The position numbers and the translations under genes are program-made. From NCBI RefSeq assembly GCF_009914755.1, contig NC_060947.1: 64,000 bases of DNA; one strand, 5' to 3'. This stretch comes from the human T2T-CHM13v2.0 reference genome, Homo sapiens. Positions 45,000 to 55,910 of this stretch are shown one piece after another. Positions within the stretch are counted from its first letter, which is position 1, and every line of letters starts with the position of its first letter. Below the pieces are notes generated by a model. It was not told where the DNA came from. It ran no database searches and worked only from the letters and a program-made list of their open reading frames with translations.

Positions 45000-45349
45000 C
45001 TACTGTAAGAATTGAGTTTTCCCTTTTCACTGAATGTTATCTGTCAATGTTTAATTTTGCTAAAGTCTCTCTAATTAAAATAATTGTTTTCCTTAAGCCC
45101 TACATTCTCCCCAAAATGGTAGCTCATCTCCTTATTGGCAGAGCCAAACATCTTGGAAGAGTTGTCTAGACATCCCCTTTTCCTCACTTCCCAGCCTGCC
45201 TTTATCTTCTGCCACCATCACACTACTGAACAGATTGCGTTATAGCTGCCAATGACTTATATGTCAGCAAGTTGAATGGACAGTTTTTATTTTTCATCTT
45301 GCCCCTGCCTCACAGGTCTAGCTGATACTTTGATCATTCTCTCTGTATT

Positions 45350-45350
<1 letters not shown>

Positions 45351-45392
<42 letters not shown>
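45351..45392. repeat. (CAA)14 microsatellite
   Basis: Pure caa run. Confidence 0.95.
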
Positions 45393-45394
<2 letters not shown>

Positions 45395-46433
45395 CTTTCC
45401 TCTTTTTGCATCTGATGGATATCCATCTTCTTGGATTCCTCCTATTTCTCTGGCTCCTATTTCTTACTCTCTTTTACAATCTTCCCTCCTTTATACATCT
45501 GTTAGATGCCACTTGTATCATAAGACACTTTCTATTTGCTAGGAACCCATGTTTTCCTGGAAGATCTCATACTTTACCATATACATGCCCATTATTTATG
45601 TCAATATTTCTACCACAAACTTTTCTCCTAACATAGATCGGCTTGGACTTGTGAATGCCACTGCCTTCTGAATAGTCAATTGCATGTTACAGGCCCCTGA
45701 GTCTGAATATTTCCAAAATGAAACTTTTCATCTTGAGTCTCTAAATCTATTTTTACTCTTGTGATCAATTAAACTAGCACCAACCCAGTCTCCCATGTCA
45801 GAACTCAAGGTATCTTCCACTCTGACATTTCTCAAATCAATCTGTCCTCAGTTCTTGTCTATTGTAACTCCACACTACCTCTTAAAGTTGTCCATTTATC
45901 TATCCCATACATAGTTTCTTCCAGAGTACTGGCCACCATCATCTCTTTTCTGTCTCCTTAATAATAATGTTCAGCTCTCAGATTAAGCTCCATTTCTTAT
46001 TCACTGTGTTACTAGTAAAGCTCTACTGTCTTGATCTTAAACAACTACCAAACTTCTTCAGGTCTCTGTTTTCTGTTTCGCTTAAAGTGAAAAGTAATCA
46101 TAGCCAATGAAATCAGTTTATTACAAGTGAAAAATTTTGTAATGTGCCACATAAGATATACTTTATAAATGGTATTTCCCTTACCTATAAAGCTGTTCCC
46201 TGTGACAGGGATTATAAGAAAATCATATAGACAAACTGCAGTGTGGTGTTTGGTTCATATTCATACTGATTTGTCCAAAATGGAGATGTGACAGGGCTAG
46301 TAGTATAAACTGTGTGATGTACCTTCCTTGGTTGGGATGTGGTGATTTAAACCATTCCTTCTATGTGTTATGAAGTAAAATACATTGGGTCATAAAACTT
46401 CTTAATTGCAGGTGAGTAGGGATGTGTGCATCT

Positions 46434-46435
<2 letters not shown>

Positions 46436-46469
<34 letters not shown>

Positions 46470-46487
46470 CAGAGAGAGAGAGAGAGA
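46436..46487. repeat. (GT)n + (AG)n microsatellite
   Basis: gtgtgt...taacagagagag. Confidence 0.95.
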
Positions 46488-47076
46488 TCTCAAATATCAG
46501 AAGCCATATTCCTAGGTGAGTACTATATACGGTAGTTAGAGACTAGAAAACGAGTACAATGTAGCTCATCACTGAGTGGGGCCAGGAGATAAACAGGAGC
46601 AGAGAGATTCAGAAATGGGAGAGTGAAGAGTAACAGCAACAGACAAATGTGCACATATCTGGCTCATTTGGTAGTTAGAGCTTCAGTGCTTCTGCAGGCT
46701 ATTTCTACATTCCCAATACAATTTGAATTAGTGAGCTGGGCTGGGAAGGGGTAGAGAAAGCATGATTATCAGCCACGGTGTTTAGCAAACAGTTCTACTC
46801 TAGTAAGCTACCTTATGCCTATGTAGAAAGGCCCAGGTTGAAAAGGCTGGGAACACAAAGTATTTATATGATCTTTTTCTTCTTGCACATGTAGCATATA
46901 GGTAACATTTGATCTGAGTCTTAATGGACCTGTAAGAGTTCATGAAGTCAAAAGAGGTATAGGCTCTGCACAGGCACTGGCAAGCTGAAAATCTACAAGA
47001 AGTTCATTGTTAGCTGAAATTTAAAGCATGTGGTACAGGTATGGATGAGGGACGTTGTGAGAGGGTACATAAAGCA

Positions 47077-47399
<323 letters not shown>

Positions 47400-48274
47400 T
47401 CAGGCCAGAGAAGAGTGTTCCAAAGGGTTTGGCTATCTTATTTAGGTAATTGGAAATATGTGAATGGTTTTAAGTGGAGTAGTGCATAGTTTTGAAAAAC
47501 TCTGGTGGCAGAGACAGCAGAAATTAGGAACCTGTGGAAACTGGAAAATGATTCAGTGTCAGTTTCAACCATGTAATCGCATATGTGAGTCCGTGAAAGG
47601 GTTGTCTAGCTGCTATAATTTTATACAATTCTGAAGTTTTTCAATTGAGCCAGTGCAGGACTTGCATAGTACTCTCCTTAAAATGGTAGTTGTATGAAAA
47701 GTCTCTAATGGGAATATAAATGTCTAAAAAGATTTGCTTAATCCCAGTTTAGATATTTTTTGGTGGGCCCCAAATAGAACCCTGGTCCAATGCCTTCTTT
47801 TCTTTCATGACACTAGAATCCTTTTACTAACACAGTAGACTGTCAGAGCTGGCATTGTCCTTAAACATTATTTGGCTCAAATTCTCAATTTCATACGAGA
47901 AAATACTAAAGCTTATGAAGGGGGACAAATCTAAGAGGTAATATTTGCCCTGGTCTTCCAATTTCAAGAGAAGGGCTATAACATAGTCCCTCCTTATTGT
48001 AGATATGATGCTCTCAAGAATGATTTCAATGTATTATATGCAGAAATGAGCATATCAACTTTAACACTGCCATCTTTCTTATGACCTATGGCCCTGGCTA
48101 GTATCTTACATCTTCATTCACTTTATTGATCTCATGATTCCTTTCACCCTCAACAAAGCAAACAATATGAGTTTCAAACTGAGCTGAAGATAGCATTAGA
48201 AATGCTTAGTTCATTGTTAATTTATACCCCTGCCTCCTAACCTAGCCACATCCTCTCCCGTTACTGTAACAAAG

Positions 48275-48660
48275 AGTTCTGGGCTAAATTGTGTCCTCCA
48301 AAATTAATGTGTTAAACCCCTGACCTCCAGTACCTCAGAATGTAACTGTGTTTGGAGATAGAATCTCTAACAAGGTAATTAGGATTAAATAAGGTCATTA
48401 GAATGTGCTTTAATTCAGTATGACCGGTGTCCTTACAAGAAAAAGAGATTAGGACACAGATACACAGAGTGACGAGCATGTAAAGACGCAGCAAGAAGAT
48501 AGCTATCTTTAAGTCATGGAAAGAGACTTCAGAAGAAACCAAACCTGCTGATACCTTGATCTTGACTTCTAGTCCCCAGAATTGTGAGAAAATTAATTTC
48601 TGTTGTTTAAGCCAAACCATCTGTGGTATTTTGCAATGGCAGTCCCAGCAGACCAATACA
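48275..48660 (+). mobile_element. MLT1A/B MaLR solo LTR
   Basis: gggctaaattgtgtcctccaaaatt...cccagaattgtgagaaaattaatttctgttgtttaagcc...gaccaataca. Confidence 0.88.
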
Positions 48661-48944
48661 TAAACCATTGCATAGCAAGCAGTAGGTAGGAGTGTTATGA
48701 CCACTGAGATTGTCAAACAACACTTGCCCTCAATTCAGAGACCTGTCCTCCTTAGATTGTTTTGTATTTTAGTTTATAATTTCACTATTTTTGACGTATA
48801 AAACATGAAGTGTGCAATGAAAATGCCACCAAATGAACCTGGCTCGTGGCTCTCTGCATTTTAAGTATTGCTTGATCCATCCTGTCAGAGTATCCTCCTT
48901 TTTGAGCTTATTAGGAATAGCAGCTACAATTTGTCCTGCCCTGG

Positions 48945-49170
48945 CAGCATTTATAACAGGCCTGCTGCTAATCTCACTTCGTATACTATTTTATCCAATA
49001 CTTATAACAGTCCTGTGAGCTAAATATCATATTCTTCTCAGCTTGCAGATGAGGAAACTAGGGCTCCAAAAGATTACATAATTTTCACAAGGTGACCCAG
49101 ATAGCAAATGACAAATCCAGGGCTCAATACCAGGTCTTTTGGATGCCAAGAGTATGCTTTTACCACTATT
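48945..49170 (-). mobile_element. MIR
   Basis: gcagatgaggaaactagggctcc...caaggtgacccag...ggatgccaagag. Confidence 0.75.
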
Positions 49171-50603
49171 CTGCCTCAATATAAGAATTCTCATTTTCCT
49201 ACTCACAGATTCAGAGGGATAGCCATTGGCTGCTCCCGTGGTGTTCCACCAAATAGACTCTATCCATTTCTCAGGTCCACTTCTTATGACTGAAATGATT
49301 ATTTTGCCTACTATAAAGAGTAAGCTGTGCAGCTGGAGAAATTTCCATCCAGATGCTAGTGTGTCAAAGTGAATTGTTATTACAATAAAAAGTTCCTGTT
49401 CATATTTGTTCCTATTTGCATATGTACAGAAGACACAGTTGTTCAGCCAAATCAAGCCTGGTTTGCAAAATGCAGCCCAGGATTCACAAAGCAGTGCTGA
49501 AAATAGCCCTTTTGTGGCCTCTTACTGAGAAAACTGCGTAAAATATGCGATGCTCTTGGATTTATCACTGAACAGTTTTACACATTTTATCTGCAATCAA
49601 CTTTCCTTTGCTCCTTTTCTCCCTCCCTTCTTTCTTGAAATAAACCCTGAGAATCTACTCTGTGCCAGGCACCAGAGAAACAAAGAACAAAAAGTAACAG
49701 TCTTTTCCCAAAAGGAGCTCAAATTCTAAGATCAAAAGAGTTCACTCCAGAAACAGGATTTTTCTCAGAGATAAAACTACAGAACAAAGAAGTATACTTG
49801 AGGTTGCTGCTTGGGTTATACGGCTCCTTTCTTTGTTCATATATTTTTGTCACACTTATTGCACTAGTGAATTGGAGTTTGATTGTTTTTAAGTCTCATT
49901 ACTTGGTAGTCTGAATTCTAGAAACTAGAATGAGATCTAACACAAAATAACTACCAACTGAATGTCTATGTGTAATTGCCACTGTCAGCATTGCTAGTTA
50001 ATATTTGGGAGGGGCTGCATGATATTTAGAACCCACAACATGCTTTTTTAGGGCTGTACAGAGGATGAACAATGGAGTTTCTTCCTCAGCCAGGGTTTCT
50101 TAATGTAGTCTTTCCCTTTCCCCATCCTCCTTTTATAAACTGGTTATGGTTTGTATTACTTTGTTGTGCTGGGAGACTGTACTTGAGTTTTAACGTTAAC
50201 CCTTTTCACACATAGGCATTGTTAAAATTCAAATAACATTCATGTTATTACATAGCATTTTGTTAGGTCTTCTGTTTCATTATATTAGGTAAAGGGACTC
50301 TCAAAATTATAATAAGAGCATGCAGTAATGGTAATATCGTCCTCATATTGCTCATAGGGTAAAATTAGATTGAGTAAGGCTTTGTGCTTCCTACTCCGTG
50401 TCTTCCCCTTCCTCTCTCTAGAATATCAATGTAAGGGCATGCACTTTGTTGCTCAAGTCAGGGAGGAAGATTTTCAGTAATGCCAACACAGGTCTGTGCT
50501 TTTCCTTGTTCATGCATTTTCTCATTATCCCCACTAGTTAAGAATTATTATTTCTGTTTTACATATGAAGAATAGAAAGCAAAGAGAGAACAGGTAATAC
50601 ATC

Positions 50604-50998
50604 TGATATAGTTTGGATATTTGTCCCTGCCTACATTTCACGTTGAATTGTAATCCCCAATGCTGGAGGTGGGGCCTGAAGAGAGGTGTTTAGATCATGG
50701 GGGCATATCCCTCATGGCTTGATGTTGTCCTTGTGTTAGTGAGTTCTCATGAGATCTGGTCGTTTAAAAGTGTGTGGCACCTCCGTCACCCTACTCTCTC
50801 TTGCTTGCTCCTGCTTTCGCCATGTGACGTGCAAGTTCCTGCTTCACCTTCTGCCAATGAGTAAAAGCTTTCTGAGGCCTCACCAGAAGCGACGTTTCTG
50901 GTACAATCTGCAGAACCATAAGCCGATTAAAACTCTTTCCTTTATAAATTACCCAGTCTGAGGTCTTCTTTTATAGTAACGCAAAAATAGACTAATAT
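50604..50998 (+). mobile_element. MSTA-like MaLR solo LTR
   Basis: tgatatagtttggatatttgtccc...cagaaccataagccgattaaa...ataaattacccagtct...gactaatata. Confidence 0.9.
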
Positions 50999-51009
50999 AA
51001 AACCCAATG

Positions 51010-51133
51010 GTATTTAGTAGAGATGAGGTTTCACCCTGTTAGCCATGATGGTCTCGATCTCCTGACCTCGTGATCCGCCCTCCTCAGCCTCCCAAAGTGC
51101 TGGAATTATAGGCGTGAGCCACAGTGCCTGGCC
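51010..51133 (-). mobile_element. AluY left monomer only
   Basis: gtttcaccctgttagccatgatggtctcgatctcctgacctcgtgatccg...cctggcc; no right arm or poly-A. Confidence 0.88.
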
Positions 51134-52218
51134 CCAAATGTCTATCTTTAAGCCATAATTATCCCCTAAACTTCACACACTTATGTTCAACGGTCCACTC
51201 ATTTGTCCACTTGGATGACCAATAGATATCTCAGAAGTGAAATGTCCAGAATGAAGTTTCTGATTTTCTTTTCAAAACCTGCTCCATCCACAAACTCCTT
51301 CAATTCAATTAATATCAACTTTATTCTGTGTACTTGTACTAAAATCATCAAAGTCTATCCATCTTTCTTCTCATACATCCCACATATAATGTCCGCAAAA
51401 TCTTGTTAGTTCTATCTTTAAAAAAATGTAGAATTATACTACTTCTTACCCCTTCCATAGCTACATCTCTAGGCTAAGCCATTTCTCTGGATGACTCCAA
51501 TGGGCTCCAAACTTATGTCCTTGCTTTCACCATTTACCAACCTTTAGTTTACCTAACAGAGCAACCCAGCCAGAGCGATTTTGCTATAATGTAATCCAGG
51601 CTATATCATGTCTTTGCTCAAAACCCCTCAATGGTTCCTCATTTTTTGAGAGCAAAATCCAATATTCTTACAACGTTCCACAAAGCCGTATAAAATAATC
51701 TTCCATCTGCACCCCGTTACTTCCTTCAGCTTATCACCTTCTTCTTTCATCTTCTTCTGCTCTGCTCCAGGCAAATTGCTTTTCTTACTGTTTCTCAAAT
51801 ATGCCAGCCATTACATAACCTGATAGCCTTTCCACTTGCTGTTTTCTTTATCTGAAATGGTCCTCCTTCAAGTATATGCCAGGGTTACTATGTCACCTTC
51901 TTTAAGTTTTTGTTCAAATGCAACTTGTCCGTGAAGCCTACCTAACCATCCTGTTAAAAACTGTACTTTATTTTCCTATACTTGTGATCTTGCTTAACTT
52001 GCTCTGTTTTTTCCTCTATAGCATTTATTTTCCTCTAATGAGCTATAAGATTTACTTATGCAAGATGCTTATTTATTGTGTCTGTTCCATTGGAACTTAA
52101 TTCTACATAGGCTGGAATTGTTATCTGTTTTATTCAGTGGTATGTTCCAAGCTTCTAAAATAATCTCTGACGCATACTTAGTATTTCATAGTTAGTTTTT
52201 GAATGAATTGATAAATGA
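51134..52218 (+). mobile_element. L2a 3' portion
   Basis: tccacttggatgaccaatag...ctcaaaaccctcaatggttcc...3' end ttgaatgaattgataaatga. Confidence 0.8.
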
Positions 52219-52689
52219 GTAGAGGAATGAAATAGTAAATCTGGAATTTTAGAGGAGTCAGTGTGTCTCAGAGGCCTGGAATCTGCCTTCTCTAGCAGTA
52301 AACATGCTGTATCTCGATTAAACATTGATGTGCTTGTTTAGTTCTACCCATCTCAGGGCCCAACTCCAGAGCTATTTCTTTAGCTCTTCTTGCTGAACTT
52401 CTGTTTTTGACAGTTATTTATCATACCATCATATGCTAATGAACATCAATAATTGTCAGAACATTTATTAGGTATATGCTCCAGTTCTGTGTTGTATTGT
52501 TCTAGCCCAAAGCGCTTACTTACTTCTCACGTGACCCAGAGAAAATCTTTTCCCTTCTTGAGACCTCAGTTTGCTCATCTATAAAATGAAAACTTTCAAC
52601 TAGGTGTCTTCTAAGGAATTTTTCCTTCTGGAAATTTGAGTTTATGCCACCACAGCACCGTGCCCATAATCCATATAATGGAAAGAACA

Positions 52690-52910
52690 CAAGTTTTGCA
52701 GTCAGAGACATATGAATTTGATTCTAGGCTTCAATACATTTAAAAAGGCCAGTTCAACTTTCTGTACCTCAGATAATTTATCATAAAATATGGATTATCA
52801 TCTTCTCTATGTCATAACTTTCAGGGCTATTCTGAGCATAAAATTACAGAAAATATTTTGAAATAAATAGCAAAGTGTGGGACACACTGTAATAATTCAG
52901 CATGTGTTGT
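52690..52910 (+). mobile_element. MIR
   Basis: gcagtcagagacatatgaatttgattctag...tctgtacctcag...ggacacactgtaataattcag. Confidence 0.7.
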
Positions 52911-53915
52911 TTTGTGTATAAAATCCAGTAAATCATTTTTCACCTATATGTGAGCTTGTAAAATGTGGGCTAAGGGTAAGGCTACAATTTGGGGACCATA
53001 CAACACAGCACAATGACTGGTAACAGGATAGGGCCTGTTATTACATTGGCATAGGACCCAACCGGCTAGACTAGTACAAACAGGCTGCACCAAAGCATCA
53101 CTCACTCTTTATATATTCAGCTGCTGCACCACTGTCATACTTATGTTTGAAATGGGATGCCATCTTTAATGCTTTGAATGTTATGAAAAAAACAATTCCC
53201 CGAGACAAATACATATCTGCTTTTAGTTTCTCAGCGTTTCATGCATTTTTCCCTCATCCATAAAATGAAAATGCTTCCCAATAAGTAACTACCATGCTTT
53301 CTTTGCATTACCCACTACTTATAGTCTAGTGTTGTGAACACAGCAGGAGGGAAGATATACTTAACTATTGATATTTATAATTCTAGTTTACATAACACTT
53401 TAGCTTACAGAACCCTTTATACCTACTTTATACATGGGAGATGAAATAATCCCCATATCACAGATGAGGAAAGCAAAGATCACTAAGATATAGTGACTTA
53501 GTGAATGTAACTTAGCTAGCAAGGGCAGAAGTGTGATCCAATCCCCTGTGTCTTGTATTTAAAGCCATTCCTTAGAGATGGAGTCAATCTGCCTCCATAA
53601 TACAGAAATCTAATCATGTCCTTTTTCTAAAGTCTGCTGTTGTTAGTTATTAGGGCAATGTCTATCATTAGTAGGTGCTAATGAATGTTGGTAGTACATT
53701 GGGAACTCCTGCATTAGCTCTTTGCTGTCACCTGGACTGTCTGCAGCCACTTACCGAGAGTCCTCTTTAGCCAATGCCCTCCCTGTATACAAACTGTATC
53801 TGGGAGTCCGCTTAGACATACAACAGGTGTGAGCAAAACAGGTTCTGTGCATAGGTGAATAAGACAAACTGCCTTCAATAACTCTCATAAGCATATGTGT
53901 TAGCACCATTTTTCT

Positions 53916-54190
53916 TTCTTTCTTTCTTTTTTTAGGAGTTGGCAACTTTTTTTTTTATTATACTTTAAGTTCTGGGGTACACGTGTAGAACGTGCATGTT
54001 TGTTACATAGGTATACACGTGCCATGGTGGTTTGCTGTACCCATCAACCCGTCACCCACATTAGCTATTTCTCCTAATGCTGTCCCTCCCCTAGCCCCCC
54101 ACCCACCAACAGGCCCCAGTGTGTGATGTTCCCCTCCCTGTGTCCATGTGTTCTCATTGTTCAATTCCCACTTATGAGTGAGGACGTACG
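53916..54190 (-). mobile_element. Short L1PA7-like 3'UTR insertion with a double tail
   Basis: attatactttaagttctggggtac...cccacttatgagtga; poly-T, then aggagttggcaac, then a second T-rich tail; TSD c(c/t)atttttct. Confidence 0.88.
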
Positions 54191-54400
54191 CTATTTTTCT
54201 AGAGCTACTAAATGGCTTTAAAAGAAGAGAAAATAAGGAACAGAAATAGAAGGAAAAATTAAGATAGATATCCAAAAAGAGGACCAAACTTAAGAGTTAG
54301 AAGATGTAAGTTCCTTTCTTGGCTTCACTATTTATGGGCCCTGTGGTTTGGACAAATCATCTAATGTCTGAAGCTTAGATTTTCATTTTGAAAATGCAGT

Positions 54401-54833
54401 TTTTATCAGTCATGGTTCTCCAGAGAAACTGCAATAGATAAACAGATGCACGCGCGCACACACACACACACACACACCTTATGAGATTTATTGCAAGAAA
54501 TTGGCTTATGCAATTGTATTGGCTGGTAAGTATGATATCCAAAGAGCCGGCCAGCAGGTTGGAACCTTTGGAGCAGAAGTCAATGCTGCAGTCAATCTTC
54601 AGGCAGAATTTCTTTTTCCTCAGGGAAGCCTCAGTTTTTACTGATAAGGCATTTCAACTGATTCGATGAAGCCCAACTACATCATTGCGGTAATCGCCTT
54701 TACTTAAAGTCAATCAATTATAAATAATAACCAAATATAAAAAATACCTTCATAGCAACACCTAAATTACAGTTTGATCGAATAACTGGATTCTATTACC
54801 TAGCCAAGTTGACACATAAAACTAATAATTACA
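54401..54833 (-). mobile_element. MLT2 (ERVL) LTR, MLT2D-like
   Basis: cagtcatggttctccagagaaac...(CA)n...cctagccaagttgacacataaaactaa..aca. Confidence 0.85.
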
Positions 54834-54914
54834 GGATGATGATGATGACGCTATGATGATAATGATGAAAAACATCTTTCAAAATTATGAACATCAGATT
54901 CAAACACCCATTTT

Positions 54915-55143
54915 TTAAGTTCTGGGATACATGTGCAGAACATGCAGGTCTGTTGCATAGGTAAACACATGCCATGGTGGTTTGCTGCACCCATCAACCC
55001 GTCATCTACATTGGGTATTTCTCCTAATGCTATCCCTCCACTAGTCCCCCATCCCCTGACAGGCCCCGGTGTGTGATGTTCCCCTCCCTGTGTCCATGTG
55101 TTCTCATTGTTCAACTCCCACTTATGAGTGAGAACATGCGGTG
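54915..55143 (-). mobile_element. Short L1PA7-like 3'UTR insertion
   Basis: ttaagttctgggatacatgtgcagaac...gagtgagaacatgcggtg; perfect 15-bp TSD tcaaacacccatttt. Confidence 0.92.
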
Positions 55144-55689
55144 TCAAACACCCATTTTAGGGACCTAACACCCTTTCTAGCATAAAGTAGAAGCTCAATA
55201 AGTATTATTTGAATATGAATAGAAATAAAAGTATGGGAGTGAGGAGCTATTTATTTATGTTGTGCCTCTGTGTTTTTTTTCCTCTTTTATCCTTCTAACT
55301 TTATTTGATTCTAGCATATTGTCATTTACCTATTCTCATAAATCTAAAGCTGAACTGACTTAGGATAAGGGTATAGTTCCCAAGAGTGATTTTTAGATAG
55401 ACATATTATGCTTGAGAGAGCGGTCCATAATTCCTCTATAGAGATAACACTTCTCACTACTTAAAATCTACTGCCTGAAATTCTAATATATTCTTATATT
55501 TCCCATTATGACATCTTAGTTTTTATTTTCCTATAAGCCACAAAAGTTTATTCCTGTTAAAAGAAGAAATCCTTCCAGATTTTTGGGGCTGTAAAGGTTA
55601 TTACATATGCAGAAAAGACACATTTTCTTGTTATGTCTCAGTGAGTATCCATATAGACTTTTATGGTAAAGTAGAAAAGGCCTTGGCCT

Positions 55690-55910
55690 TTGGGTGTGGA
55701 AAAGTGAGTTTTCATCCTGGTTCTGGTACTTCCTAGCTATATGACCTTGGGCAGCACGCGTAACCACTGAATCCAGTTTCCCTATCCATCGTACTATAAA
55801 ACCAGCCTTGACCATCCTGCAGATTTGGGAGTTTTTTAAAAGAGATAATCCATTTTGAAAAAGTACCTAATATGCTGCCTAGCTTACTGAAGATGCCCAA
55901 TAAATATTCA
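55690..55910 (+). mobile_element. MIR
   Basis: acttcctagctatatgaccttgggca...cagtttccctatc...gcccaataaatatt. Confidence 0.75.

Larger units (their letters stand above)
43380..45960 (+). mobile_element. L2 LINE fragments (interrupted by LTR12)
   Basis: Pyrimidine-rich L2-type sequence; cacactcgcaggcacatgttgaacctt ~ TH..GHTLDL; ...gccaccatcatctct. Confidence 0.6.

Noticed and set aside
45276-45542. ORF with a polyQ14 tract
   Set aside because: A (CAA)14 microsatellite inside an L2 remnant; no other coding signal.
49027-49455. 142-aa minus-strand ORF
   Set aside because: Its C-terminal third is MIR-derived and it has no known domain.
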